Positions 27,901 to 38,022 of a stretch of DNA of 64,000 nt are shown here, piece by piece. How positions within the stretch are numbered: position 1 is the stretch's first letter; the number at the start of each line of letters is the position of its first letter. A program made the translations under genes and the position numbers. The notes below the pieces were generated by a model. It was not told where the DNA came from and did not search any database. It saw nothing but the letters and a program-made list of their open reading frames with translations. The stretch is from a virus: the IMG/VR virus record IMGVR_UViG_3300023179_000026, positions 72,879 to 136,878 of that record, one strand, 5' to 3'.

Positions 27901-29310
27901 ATAATTCACTGTTTCACCAACTAGATTGGTTTCAGCCTCTATCGTAAAATTAGAAATGCAACCATTGTTGATAATACCAAGATTTGTTGGCGTAACCCAT
28001 GTAAAATCATTGTCCAAGTCACCAACCAAAGTCAAAGTAAAACGATATACTTGACTTGTTCTATCATACTGATTTGCCCAACATACACCACGTGTGGTTA
28101 CTGTGATAGGTGGATTAGGCCATGGTGAAGTTAATGCTTGATTTTGGTACATCTCAAAAGTTGTGGAATTAATAACTTTTGCATAAATTGTTGTACTATT
28201 AATTGTTGTTGGTATACAGCTATCCAACGTAATTTGCTGTCCATTAAAAAAGTTATGTGGTGTAATGGTTGTTACTCTAGTAATTGAGCCTATTATAGTA
28301 AAACTTGCAATACCTATAATATTTCCCGTGACATATCCTGATGGAACAGTTTTAATTACAGTTGCACTTAAATAAAAATCTAATACACGATTGCCAATAT
28401 TAGGAAATTTTCCTGTAATCCATCCCGTATCATGGTCAATCGCTAACGTGCCAGGTGTAACCATATTTGATTGGTTAATAGCTTGTAAATTAGTTATATT
28501 GTAAGATAATGAACCTGCATTTTCAAAATCATATCCTGCTAATTTAAAAACCCATTCATTATCATGTCGAACTCGTCCAATATTTCCATCATAGGGCGTA
28601 TAATATCCATAATATGGATTAGTAGGTGGAATAACTGTGCTTAATGGTTGGCTGTTTAATAACACAGGCAATCTTGCATTATCAGATGGGATAGGGTTTT
28701 GAACGTAATAGTTAATAACAGTAATGTTATAGTTTATAATTGCTATACCACTACCTGATGACAACTGTAAAGTAAATGGATAGTTGGTTGATGTAGGTTG
28801 ACCATATATGTTTAATGGTGGTTCCGCATAGCCTGTTATCAAACCTGTTATTGACATCTCTAGACCAAGCGGTAATTCACCTGAAATTATTGTTACTTCA
28901 GCTACACTTTGTGGGTCAGTATTTTCATATTGCACTTGATAATGTACATACGTGCTGTCTACCGTGGTTATAATGGTACCAGGATACGTCAAAAACCTAG
29001 GAGGACTTGCCCCCACTACAGTTAACGTAAATGCTCTATCCCTAATATTTCCAAAACTATCAGTGGCACGTATTGTAATACCATAAGTTGTATCAGTAGC
29101 TACTTCAGCAGGAGTACCATACAAGTATCCATCAGGACGTAGCGTAATTGGTGCTTCAGGTAAACTCGATGGAAATCTTCCACTTTGTAAAGTATAAACA
29201 ACGTTGCTTAAACCGTCTGCACTAATTGCGTTAAATTGAAATGCGATTGGTCTAAGTTCTTTAAATTGTCCTATACTTCCTGCAGGAGTATTCCAAATTG
29301 GTTGTGACAT
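24994..29310 (-). CDS. large baseplate-wedge-type structural protein with Ig-like, FCCH-like and beta-propeller repeats
   Basis: 1438 aa; N-terminal putative-Ig repeats (W.T..G.IG...G..P.GL....G.I.G), three T...H.F..G..I.I..V.GMT.IN...YV modules, (I/V)AVG..G...S.NG..W propeller repeats. Confidence 0.65.
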   Translation of the reverse strand: MSQPIWNTPAGSIGQFKELRPIAFQFNAISADGLSNVVYTLQSGRFPSSLPEAPITLRPDGYLYGTPAEVATDTTYGITIRATDSFGNIRDRAFTLTVVGASPPRFLTYPGTIITTVDSTYVHYQVQYENTDPQSVAEVTIISGELPLGLEMSITGLITGYAEPPLNIYGQPTSTNYPFTLQLSSGSGIAIINYNITVINYYVQNPIPSDNARLPVLLNSQPLSTVIPPTNPYYGYYTPYDGNIGRVRHDNEWVFKLAGYDFENAGSLSYNITNLQAINQSNMVTPGTLAIDHDTGWITGKFPNIGNRVLDFYLSATVIKTVPSGYVTGNIIGIASFTIIGSITRVTTITPHNFFNGQQITLDSCIPTTINSTTIYAKVINSTTFEMYQNQALTSPWPNPPITVTTRGVCWANQYDRTSQVYRFTLTLVGDLDNDFTWVTPTNLGIINNGCISNFTIEAETNLVGETVNYRIVNENRKNLNSVVNSVVGGVSATSVPSYYAVGDLGEIAYSDNYGRTWNYLNQFTFDNLTSIAAGYYPTVSTGTLVTVGYTQSSQPSIYGSNDGINWSPASTAGNSALYSVMFDNRSGGERFIAVGDDATILTSSQSGFVWTQGTITVTGSTSTDVNYVFRKLIRTGSTSPYTYTVVGNKSDNTGAIYYSNAVGFPVGGTWSAATVNTIAMSNVTQATIAVVTTSTAHNMSDGQRITISGVVGMTALNGNNYYVKATGYHTNTFALYTNVTLTTPVNSSAYSAYVSGGTITLTIPALRSIATNGSKWIAVGEEGYVLESSNGTTWSLQKAFTTERLNDIIYESNQFFVVGDDGFTAYSENGDNNSWSYLSGNTGNDLYSITLGLTRPNAGVLITNITQTGTAVVTVVNAHQFTDADRVCIVDVLGMTEINDQQFYVKVLTINTFELYTDVSLTTPFSTLSYSNYISGGSAQKVEYNFVAVGQYGTVVNSRYILIYNPEAITDEYDEFNYDLTFYDQNAKYVIEWTSPTLGQLPPNLVMLSSGEISGRLAFEATDDQNGVYPYSSRVYYFTVQAYIVGQEEISETKEFYFTAVQEFPTPWETVYMQCYPNLTTRAKINDLIRNSTPGNPNLIIPDAAVYRINDPYYGRAKNIIYNHAYGIPANTVQEYITALSKNFYWRDITLGEVKTAVARDTNNEIVYEVVYCEIIDNLVNNAGVSIPKEIGWPRNINLNLGQWYDSNSSTYTSYVYSTSPISVTISSVVNVTTYVVNSVEGLSLNMVLGNTNAVPYITSITPNTYTIVLNQAPAGSYSAGDTLTFYTPSYFTALTPGYVRTLYPNSLDNMRQQLEDVLGYVNNDTILPLWMTSQQINGSTLGYTPAWVICYTKPNYSTTVKNNINAWQTSASGIKVNQVQFTIDRFEVDKSLTFDWNGVEWVSTLPSAQPPVTNNSADQYVYITQKTILPRTLQSG

Positions 29311-29311
29311 A

Positions 29312-29929
29312 TTACCTCTGTAAAATCTTTAAGGCAGCTTCGTAATGTTTTTTTCTATCTTCAATTCCAATAGTGCCGCCATTTATTCTTTTTGTTAACA
29401 TAATAAAATCATTTTTATCACAATATTGATTTAACTTGTTACTGTCCCAAAACCATCCTGCACTAGCCACAGCACCTGCATGAGTTTCCATATATGCAAC
29501 TACTTCATCTATTTCAATTCCTAGTGATTTTGCAAATTTAGTGTAGTTTACTTTACCTGTTAATTGAATCAATCCACGTCCACAAAATTTCCACCCATCA
29601 CCACTTGCTTCATCTCCATTGCCCATACGATTTGCATAAACACGATTGGCAATTTTTTCAGGTTTGCGCTCATAAGGTTTTGCAGCAGCTTCATTTGGAA
29701 AATATTTCTTAAAAATTTTTGTTAAACCTTGTGAGCTATAATTCAAGTTTTCTTTAAGATATTGATACCCACCACTTTCATGTCCTGTTTGCGCTAAAAA
29801 ACCTGCAATACGTTGTGGCGTATTAATTTCATAATGTTCACATGTTTGGTTTAATGGTTCAATAAATGGTTCTAATTTTGCAGCAGGAGTTTTGTCGCAC
29901 ACTGCTCGTAAAATTTCTAATGTTATCAT
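29312..29929 (-). CDS. glycoside hydrolase family 19 lysin
   Basis: FLAQTGHESGG, ENLNYS, ANRVYANRMGNG, GRGLIQLTGK.NY, RINGG. Confidence 0.9.
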   Translation of the reverse strand: MITLEILRAVCDKTPAAKLEPFIEPLNQTCEHYEINTPQRIAGFLAQTGHESGGYQYLKENLNYSSQGLTKIFKKYFPNEAAAKPYERKPEKIANRVYANRMGNGDEASGDGWKFCGRGLIQLTGKVNYTKFAKSLGIEIDEVVAYMETHAGAVASAGWFWDSNKLNQYCDKNDFIMLTKRINGGTIGIEDRKKHYEAALKILQR

Positions 29930-32900
29930 TACATTTTTCCTATAACTATTTCAATGACACCTTTGTCACCGTCAAAATTTTGTAAAGCTTTTCCTATAAT
30001 TGTTCCTGCCCTAGCTTGGTTGTTTGCAGCGGCAAATCCATTAGGTGCACTAACCATAAGATCACCCTTCTTAACAGGACCACGTACTTTGGTTGGTACT
30101 CTACCTTGTAGTGCTAACATGACTGTATGTGGTGCTTCTAAAGTTGCATTCATAACATATGCAGGATTAGTTGATACAACTCCTGCTACTTTTGTTGAAT
30201 CATACTCGTACGATAATGTAACTTCCTTATCACCATCAAATAATAATACAGTGCCACTTGGATACTCATCATCAGATTCATAATATTCTGCCAAGTCAGC
30301 GTAAGTAGCATTAAGTTTTGAGCCACCACTTAATGACCAATTACCTGTAATTGTTCCTGCTGTACCGCTACCACCTGTTGTTAATGTCGTGCCATATAGT
30401 GTAGCAGATGCGCCACCTAGTTGACCATTTGAATTAACATTACCTGCATTAACATTAGCTGTTACATTTGCATTAGCAGTAACATTTAAGTTACCTGTTA
30501 CGTTTGCATTTGCACTGAATGTTGCCAATTGTGTAACATTAAGATTACCAGGCATATTTACCGTTGCATTACGGATATTTGCAGTTCCTGATGTTGATCC
30601 TAATACTAGTGTAGTTGCTGCACCAAATGCATTTACTGTAGTTGCATTAGTATTAATAACGTTAAAGGACGTTTGATTTGTTGTAATGTCACCACCAACC
30701 ACATCTAAGTCAGCACCCAATACTAAATTATTATTTACTGTGGTATTACCTGTGGATGCACCAATAAACACATTCGTCGCTTGCCCACCAAAGTATATGG
30801 TAGTTGCTGTAGTGTTTGCAATATTAAAGTTAGCAGTTGATACCGTTAATGAACCACCATCAATGTTAACATTTCCATCAACATCTAAGTTATGATTAAT
30901 ATTTGTATTTCCTGTAGCAGCACCAATTTCAATCGTAGTTGCTGCACCAAATGCATTAACTGTTGTTGATGTTGTATTCCACAAATTAATACCTGTTTCT
31001 GTTCCTACAACGGTTGGATTAGAAATGGTTACTGTGCCTGTATTAGCACCAACATTAATTGCTGTAGCTGCATTACCAAAGTTAATTGTAGTAGCTACAG
31101 TATTAAACAAGTTTTGTGTAATTTGTGAACCAACAATTATTGGATTGCGTAACGTCATAGTACCACTAACATTACCTAAATTGATAGATGTTGATTCACC
31201 ACCAATATTAAGAGTAACTGCTGTAGTATTGTATAAATTTTGAGTGGTTTGTGTACCAATCAATGTTGGGTTTTGTATTGTTGCTGTGCCACTTGTAGCA
31301 CCCATCGTAAGTGTCGATGCTGACCTTGCAAAAAACATTGTAGTAGCAACATTATCATATAACTGCTGTAATGTGTTAGCACCATAGACAGCAGGATTTC
31401 TAATTAACATCTTAGATCCTGCACTGTTTTGACCAATGTTTAATGTTGTTGCTTGTCCACCAAGATTAACTATACCTGCTGTGTCATTGACAATATTAAA
31501 AGTAGCAGCAGTTGTTTCAATATTACTTTGAGTACTATCACCAAAAAGTGCTATAGATTCACCACTACCTACACCACCTGCATTACTACCAACACCTAAA
31601 TAGTTTGCTCTGACATTAGAACCAACATTTAATGATTTAGCAATACTTACACCACCTGCTGTGCTAAATGAAGCACTTGTATCTACTGAATTAGCAGAAT
31701 CTGATGTATTGGTTATGGTAATAATTGTATTACTTATTGTACCATTACTGCTATTACCCACCAAGTATAAATTACCACCAATAAACACATCTTTAGCAAA
31801 ACCGCCACCACCTGCTACTTGTAACGCACCACTTAAATATGAATTGTTAGTTGCATTTTGTGTGCCACGAATTAGTACAACCCCTGTGCCACCACCATTA
31901 CCAATAGTAACGTTAGGATCAACTGAAGCACCAAGATTAATTGATGTTGCATTACCTGCAAAATTCATCGTTGCTGTTACAGTATCATATAAGTTTTGGG
32001 TTGTTTGCCCTGCTGCACCAACAACTGTATTACTACGTAAAGTTAATGTACTATTAGCTGCACCTATATTTAAAGTATTAGCTTGTCCAAATGCGTTGAC
32101 TGTATTAGCTATTGTATTGAATAAACTTAATGATGTTTGTCCTGAATCACCAACAATTGTATTACTTCTTAACATGAGTGTACTATTTGCTGCGCCCATG
32201 TTAATACTAGATGCTGCACCAAATGCGTTAACCGTAGTAGCCACTGAGTCAAATAGTAGTTGAGTTGTTTGTCCTGCACTACCAACAACATTGCTTGCAG
32301 ATAATATCATAGTTGCATTAGATGCACCCATGTTAATCAATGATGCTGCACCAAATGCATTTACAAAAGTTGTTACAGTGTTAAAAACATTTTGCGTCGA
32401 ACTTGTTCCAACAATGGTTGGATTTTGCAACGTTAATGTTCCTGAATTTGCACCTATTCTTATGGTTGATGAATTACCTGCAAAATTCATTGTAGAAGTG
32501 GTTGCGCTATCAAACAATGATTGTGTTGAATTAAGTGGGTATCCTATAATGTTTGGTGTTCTTATTTGTGTATTGCCTGTAGTAGCACCAATAGTTAATG
32601 AACTTGACCCAAGTGCAAAATTTAATGTACTTGCATTATTAGGAAATAGTGATGTTGAATTACTCGTTGTTTCAATAACACCTGTAGGCGAAATTGAAAC
32701 TACAGCATTAGCAAAACCATTACCACCTGCATTATTACCAATGTATAACGAATTAGCTGCAACACTTGAACCTACATGCAGTCTCTCACCTATACCTGCA
32801 CCACCTGCTACGGTAAATGCACCATTAGCAGAGTTTGCGCTACCCTGAATGCTATTAATAGCAAATGTGCCTGTTATTGAAGTATATACGGTATTACCAC

Positions 32901-34527
32901 CAACATACAAATTACCGCCAATACCTGCACCACCTGCTGTTATAAACGAACCTGTTGTTGTTGAATTAGCTTGATCAATAGCTGATATTCTTACGTTACC
33001 GTTAGCTAAAATACCACCATCAGTGCGTATGCTATAATTACTTGTATTAATATTACCACTAAAGTTATTAGTTATTGTAATAACACCTGTGGTTGAAACT
33101 GCCACACATGGTGAACCACCATTTGGAGCATTTGCACCGATAGTGACTTGTGCCACACCTAACATATCACCAACGTAAAGGTTAGCACCTATACCAACAC
33201 CACCTGCAATTCTTACATCACCTGTATTTGTGTTTGATGAATTGTTTGCTGAGCCTACATACAAATTATTGCCAACACTTATACCACCAACTGTTCTGAA
33301 TGAACCTGTGCTAGACTCAAAACCAATAAGGACAGCAGAGTTGCTGCTTGTAGCCATTTCACCATTTGATGCTACCGTAAATGAAGCAAGACCACCGTTA
33401 CCTGCTGAGTTACCAATTCCTAAACTATTTCCAAAAATGCCTGTACCAACATTTAACGACCCACCAATACCAACTCCACCTGTTACAACAATTGCTCCTG
33501 TAGTAGAATCAAATGAAGATGTTGTATTAAGTACTTGGAAATTGTTTGCTGTACTAGTTATAATAATTTGTGAACTATTTGCAACAGTGATTGCTGCATT
33601 TGTAAAATCTGTTGGTGTATTTAAAATTGAAAATAAACCATTTGCTGCATAAGTTAATGCGCCTGAGTTTGCGTTAGCTGTTGTTGCTCCTGCATTGGAT
33701 TTGATTACTAAACCACGATCAATACCACTGACTGTAATATTTCCTGTAATATTTCCAACAAATGTGCCACTAATATTTCCATTTGCAGTAATGTTGTTTG
33801 CTACAAGATTAGGAGTTAACAAACTAAAATTTGCTGCGTCATATCGTAAGAAATCAGGGTCAGTAGTTAATACTTGAATACCTTGTGATGCCAAGTAAGG
33901 AACAGGACTTAAAGCATTGTAAACAATACCACCTACATTACTATATGGTGTATCACGCAATGACACATTACCAACAACACGACCTGTTGGTGTAGTTTTA
34001 AAATGGTCTGCAACAATGTTACCTGATGGAATACTATTTACAGTATTTGCCCCAATTACTACCAATGGTGGATTTAAATTAGAATAAAGTGAAGAACTGT
34101 TTCCAATCGTTGCTCTATTACTAACGGTCAAATTAGCTACATTAAAGTTTGCTAAGAAATTAGAATTAATATCAAGAATTACATCAGGAATCGACCCAGG
34201 ATTACTCGCATTAATCGTAGCCATAGTATTGCCATTAAACGTAAGTAATTGTGCACCCAAACTGCTTGGATTGGATGGATCACCTGCCTGAAAGGTAATC
34301 TTATAAATATTTGCGCTTACATTAACATTACCTGATAGTTGTGTTGCAATCGTACCACTTGGGTTGGTAAGTGTAATACCCGCACCACCAACAAGTTGTG
34401 ATACACCTGCTTGAGGTATATTGAATAGTTCGGTAAAATTTTCTTGGGTTGCAATAAATGCATCACGAATACTATTCGCATTACCATCATCAGGATAGGC
34501 ACCGTAGTCAATATTTCGTTGAGCCAT
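29929..34527 (-). CDS. tail fibre / baseplate protein with gp9/gp10-like N-terminus and C-terminal chaperone-like domain
   Basis: RNIDYG..PDDG....IR.AF.....NF.EL N-terminus; low-complexity repeats (AFGAAT.I..GA); YADLAEYY...GVVSTNPAY.MN...L.GRVP.KV.G...KGD C-terminus. Confidence 0.7.
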   Translation of the reverse strand: MAQRNIDYGAYPDDGNANSIRDAFIATQENFTELFNIPQAGVSQLVGGAGITLTNPSGTIATQLSGNVNVSANIYKITFQAGDPSNPSSLGAQLLTFNGNTMATINASNPGSIPDVILDINSNFLANFNVANLTVSNRATIGNSSSLYSNLNPPLVVIGANTVNSIPSGNIVADHFKTTPTGRVVGNVSLRDTPYSNVGGIVYNALSPVPYLASQGIQVLTTDPDFLRYDAANFSLLTPNLVANNITANGNISGTFVGNITGNITVSGIDRGLVIKSNAGATTANANSGALTYAANGLFSILNTPTDFTNAAITVANSSQIIITSTANNFQVLNTTSSFDSTTGAIVVTGGVGIGGSLNVGTGIFGNSLGIGNSAGNGGLASFTVASNGEMATSSNSAVLIGFESSTGSFRTVGGISVGNNLYVGSANNSSNTNTGDVRIAGGVGIGANLYVGDMLGVAQVTIGANAPNGGSPCVAVSTTGVITITNNFSGNINTSNYSIRTDGGILANGNVRISAIDQANSTTTGSFITAGGAGIGGNLYVGGNTVYTSITGTFAINSIQGSANSANGAFTVAGGAGIGERLHVGSSVAANSLYIGNNAGGNGFANAVVSISPTGVIETTSNSTSLFPNNASTLNFALGSSSLTIGATTGNTQIRTPNIIGYPLNSTQSLFDSATTSTMNFAGNSSTIRIGANSGTLTLQNPTIVGTSSTQNVFNTVTTFVNAFGAASLINMGASNATMILSASNVVGSAGQTTQLLFDSVATTVNAFGAASSINMGAANSTLMLRSNTIVGDSGQTSLSLFNTIANTVNAFGQANTLNIGAANSTLTLRSNTVVGAAGQTTQNLYDTVTATMNFAGNATSINLGASVDPNVTIGNGGGTGVVLIRGTQNATNNSYLSGALQVAGGGGFAKDVFIGGNLYLVGNSSNGTISNTIITITNTSDSANSVDTSASFSTAGGVSIAKSLNVGSNVRANYLGVGSNAGGVGSGESIALFGDSTQSNIETTAATFNIVNDTAGIVNLGGQATTLNIGQNSAGSKMLIRNPAVYGANTLQQLYDNVATTMFFARSASTLTMGATSGTATIQNPTLIGTQTTQNLYNTTAVTLNIGGESTSINLGNVSGTMTLRNPIIVGSQITQNLFNTVATTINFGNAATAINVGANTGTVTISNPTVVGTETGINLWNTTSTTVNAFGAATTIEIGAATGNTNINHNLDVDGNVNIDGGSLTVSTANFNIANTTATTIYFGGQATNVFIGASTGNTTVNNNLVLGADLDVVGGDITTNQTSFNVINTNATTVNAFGAATTLVLGSTSGTANIRNATVNMPGNLNVTQLATFSANANVTGNLNVTANANVTANVNAGNVNSNGQLGGASATLYGTTLTTGGSGTAGTITGNWSLSGGSKLNATYADLAEYYESDDEYPSGTVLLFDGDKEVTLSYEYDSTKVAGVVSTNPAYVMNATLEAPHTVMLALQGRVPTKVRGPVKKGDLMVSAPNGFAAANNQARAGTIIGKALQNFDGDKGVIEIVIGKM

Positions 34528-34552
34528 TTGTATAGAATTCCATTAATATTTG

Positions 34553-34559
34553 TATTTAT
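34553..34559 (-). promoter_or_regulatory. late-type promoter box ATAAATA
   Basis: Between a terminator and ATG 34527. Confidence 0.6.
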
Positions 34560-34573
34560 CAGAACATAAGTAT

Positions 34574-34605
34574 AAAAAAATCCCAACAGGGTTAGTGTTG
34601 GGATT
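34574..34605 (-). terminator. intrinsic terminator
   Basis: 10-bp stem AATCCCAACA/TGTTGGGATT, 7-nt loop, U-run on minus strand. Confidence 0.85.
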
Positions 34606-34631
34606 ATAAGTTGCAGTCTTATTGAAGCTGC

Positions 34632-37600
34632 TTACTTAATACCTGCTAATTTTAACCAACCATCAAGACTTTCACTTTCTACCACAGGACGTACTTGTGT
34701 TTTAGGAAGTGTAGTGTTATCAACTTTAGGACCATTTAATCCACCACTTAAAGCTTGTAACATATAATTCATTTCTGTTTGGAATTCTTCATCACTTAAT
34801 TTATTCTGTGGTGAATTTGCCCATTCATCAACTTTTTTCTTATCTTTTTTATCATCGTACTCAATATCTTTGGTTACTTTTTTACCTGCTTTTTCAGCTT
34901 TGGCATCATCTTTACCTTTATGACCTTCATCATACTCGATATCTTTAGTTACTTTTTTACCTGCCTTTTCTGCATGTTCATCTTTTTCAGCAGTAGATTC
35001 TTCAGCAATCATTGCTAATTTTTTGAACAATCCCTCAAAAGTGTAACCTTCTTCATCTAACTTATCATGTTGAGCACGAATTTTAGCCATTTCTTCTTTG
35101 CTCGCACCATCACGACCTGCTTGTTGAAGTGCTTTCATACCTTCTTCACCATATTTCTTTTTACCAAGATATGCTTGTAGCGCACTTTCTTCAACTTCAT
35201 CTTCGTGCATGGCTTCCATGTAACCGCATTCATTGCACTCATGTGCTGATTCTTCCATAGGTGAACCACACTCCATACAAGACTTTTCTTCAAATGTTGC
35301 AGGTTGATCTAATGCTTCTTCGGGTACATATGATGCTGCTAAACCTGCATCACGCATCGCTTCAGATCTTTCATCTTTTTCACCTGCTACATCTGTAGGA
35401 TCATCTGCATCATAAGAATCTTCTTTGATATCTTCGTCATCGTCATCTTTATCTTCAGATCCACCATAATGCTTACCTGCATGATGTTTTGTTACACCAT
35501 CTTTGCGCTCAATACGACCACCTGTTGATGATTTTTCTGAATGATCTTTATGATCCTCATCATCAGCTTCTTCAACTTGTTTTTTATAACCCATTGCTTC
35601 ATATTTTTTAATTACATCAGGCTCATCTCGTACTACAATTTCTTTACCTGATGTTTTATGAACCATCATACATCTACCACCTGTATCGGGTTTAGCTCCC
35701 ATATCGTCAGATTCTTTTTGAACCTTTTCCATATCACCGTCACCATCTAGATCTGCTTCTTCTTTGCCTTGTTCTCTAGCTTTAAGCAAATTATATGTAA
35801 AACGATTACCTTCTTCTACTTCAGCTTCATCCATTTTGTTAGCCATTGGACTCATACGAGCATCTCCTGGGCTAGCGGTTTGTGTTTGACCTTCGTCACA
35901 ACTAGCTGCCTCAACAGGTGTACCAATCATTTTTTTCAAGAATGATAGATCTGTATCACCGCTATCATCATGCTCATGACCACCTAATTGACCTAATACT
36001 TCATCTTGCCCTGTTACTTCAGGCTCATCACTATGTATTTCACTTGCACCACCATGACCAATACCTGCATTGCGTAGTAATTCCATCATAGATTTAGCGT
36101 CCTCTCCTGATGCACTTACGCTAACGCTATCTTCTGCACCCATTGGACCACCTGTAGAAGTGGTAACAGTTAATCCTTCATTCAAAAGTGAATCTAATTG
36201 TGACTGCCAACTTTCTTCTACTTTACCAAATTTTTTACCTTTATGTTTTGAACGAATTGCAAACTCAATTTGGTTTTGTTTTTTATACTCAGGTGACCCT
36301 TCTTTATGTGGTCCTGATTTCTTTAACTTTGATAACATGCTTTCTAACTCATCAATAGTTTTATCAGCATATTCACCTGTTTTTTCAATCTTTGCATCAC
36401 CTGCCCATTTTTCATCAAGGCGATCACCCTTATTAAAGTAGCTTACTACATCATCTAATTCATTGAATGCTTTATCGCCTTTAACGCCTGGGATTTTGAA
36501 CCAAAAAGAATTTGATGGAAAATGATACATACCTTTAGCAACTACTTCGCCATCTACTTTGACCACATAATCTGCAGGATGACCATCAATAAAACCTTGA
36601 TGTATCTCTACATTTCCAATCTTTTTAAGAGGTTTATACATATGATCCTCTTTCAATGATTTAACTTCGTAGCCCATTTCTTTATATTTTTTTCTATTTT
36701 CAGGTGTATCTTTTATAACAAGTTCTTTACCTGAGGTTTTATGAGTTACTGTTACAGTTTTTTCTTTTTTAGTGATTGGTCCCATATCATCTGATTCATT
36801 AACTGCTTTATGTTCCACATCGGCTAAATGAGCATCAATTCCTGCAGTATTTTTCATACCCCAATATGCTGCTGCTTTTTTAGCTGCTTCATAACTTGAA
36901 GATGCTTTGCATTCATGCTTACCTTTTTTAGCATTTACACATATATAAGAGCGTTCTTTACTATCACTTTCATACGTCATTGGACGTTGGGTTGTTTCAA
37001 AGGGAGTTTTTCTCATACTTGGTTCCAATTCTAATTGTTTGTTTAATTCACGATTTGCTTGTTGCTGTGGCACCAAGTCTACTGTACGTGATGCCCCTAC
37101 AGTATCTAATGTAGCAGGTTGACGCATACTTGGGGGAAGATCGTATTCCTTTTTTTCTTCACTAACATATCCTGTATCCTCCATATAACATTCTTCAACA
37201 TACTTTCGTAATTCTTCGAGCGGACCATGCCATATTTTACGTGGAATACGACCTTCTTTATAATAATGGTCACATAGAGCCTCATAAAATCCTTCATCCA
37301 TTGCCCAACCTTCTTGACACATTTTGTGCTCATGTGGATAAGCTTCTAAAATTTCTTGTAACTTACCTTCCATGATAGGTTGTTTATCAGCATCAGCACT
37401 TTCATACATACTTTCATCTTTCTTATGCTTTTTGTTATATTCATCCCATGCAGTAGCATAAAGAACACCTTCCCAACGATTACCATATTGTTTTTTGAAT
37501 GCTTCTTTTCTACCTTTAATCCAATCTTCCATGCCTGGAGGGGCAACTTCTTCTAAGTTTTCCTCACCTAATGCAGTAACTTCTTTATTCTTTACTGCTT

Positions 37601-38012
37601 TATCTAATGCAGCTTTTAATGGATCATTGGGATCCTTAAAATCTATTACTTTCATGCCAATAGCAGCATTACCCGCAGGACGTGATGTTGCTGATGGTTG
37701 TGCTGCTGCACCAATTGAAGGCACTGCTACTTGACTTTGATCAAGTGCAACTTCATCAAGTTGTTTTTTAGTAGCTTCAATTTGTTCCATATATTCTTTA
37801 AGCTTATGTGATACACTTGTTTTACCAACTTCTTTAGCAGGTTTTTTACCAATCATATCTTGAATATCTGCACCACCACTTGTGTCTAACTCTTTAGATG
37901 GTTTATCATCTTTGTCATCATCTTTTTGTGCAGTACCACCATAGGCTTTACCCGCAACTTTGCGATTTTCTTCCAACTGTTCAAGTTGTGCAATAATTGT
38001 TTTTAAATCCAT
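34632..38012 (-). CDS. very acidic multi-module putative internal head / scaffold-like polyprotein
   Basis: ATG 38012 after AAGGAAAG; E/D/K-rich, many [IL]xE/DE junctions, CxxC pair, internal repeats. Confidence 0.6.
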   Translation of the reverse strand: MDLKTIIAQLEQLEENRKVAGKAYGGTAQKDDDKDDKPSKELDTSGGADIQDMIGKKPAKEVGKTSVSHKLKEYMEQIEATKKQLDEVALDQSQVAVPSIGAAAQPSATSRPAGNAAIGMKVIDFKDPNDPLKAALDKAVKNKEVTALGEENLEEVAPPGMEDWIKGRKEAFKKQYGNRWEGVLYATAWDEYNKKHKKDESMYESADADKQPIMEGKLQEILEAYPHEHKMCQEGWAMDEGFYEALCDHYYKEGRIPRKIWHGPLEELRKYVEECYMEDTGYVSEEKKEYDLPPSMRQPATLDTVGASRTVDLVPQQQANRELNKQLELEPSMRKTPFETTQRPMTYESDSKERSYICVNAKKGKHECKASSSYEAAKKAAAYWGMKNTAGIDAHLADVEHKAVNESDDMGPITKKEKTVTVTHKTSGKELVIKDTPENRKKYKEMGYEVKSLKEDHMYKPLKKIGNVEIHQGFIDGHPADYVVKVDGEVVAKGMYHFPSNSFWFKIPGVKGDKAFNELDDVVSYFNKGDRLDEKWAGDAKIEKTGEYADKTIDELESMLSKLKKSGPHKEGSPEYKKQNQIEFAIRSKHKGKKFGKVEESWQSQLDSLLNEGLTVTTSTGGPMGAEDSVSVSASGEDAKSMMELLRNAGIGHGGASEIHSDEPEVTGQDEVLGQLGGHEHDDSGDTDLSFLKKMIGTPVEAASCDEGQTQTASPGDARMSPMANKMDEAEVEEGNRFTYNLLKAREQGKEEADLDGDGDMEKVQKESDDMGAKPDTGGRCMMVHKTSGKEIVVRDEPDVIKKYEAMGYKKQVEEADDEDHKDHSEKSSTGGRIERKDGVTKHHAGKHYGGSEDKDDDDEDIKEDSYDADDPTDVAGEKDERSEAMRDAGLAASYVPEEALDQPATFEEKSCMECGSPMEESAHECNECGYMEAMHEDEVEESALQAYLGKKKYGEEGMKALQQAGRDGASKEEMAKIRAQHDKLDEEGYTFEGLFKKLAMIAEESTAEKDEHAEKAGKKVTKDIEYDEGHKGKDDAKAEKAGKKVTKDIEYDDKKDKKKVDEWANSPQNKLSDEEFQTEMNYMLQALSGGLNGPKVDNTTLPKTQVRPVVESESLDGWLKLAGIK
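34855..34975 (-). repeat. in-frame tandem repeat AEKAGKKVTKDIEYD x2
   Basis: Two near-identical ~45-nt units 75 nt apart. Confidence 0.8.
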
Positions 38013-38022
38013 AATACTTTCC

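Noticed and set aside
29954-33877. Long plus-strand ORFs opposite the fibre gene
   Set aside because: Shadow frames produced by the codon bias of low-complexity minus-strand coding; Pro/Leu/Val-rich, no RBS or motifs.
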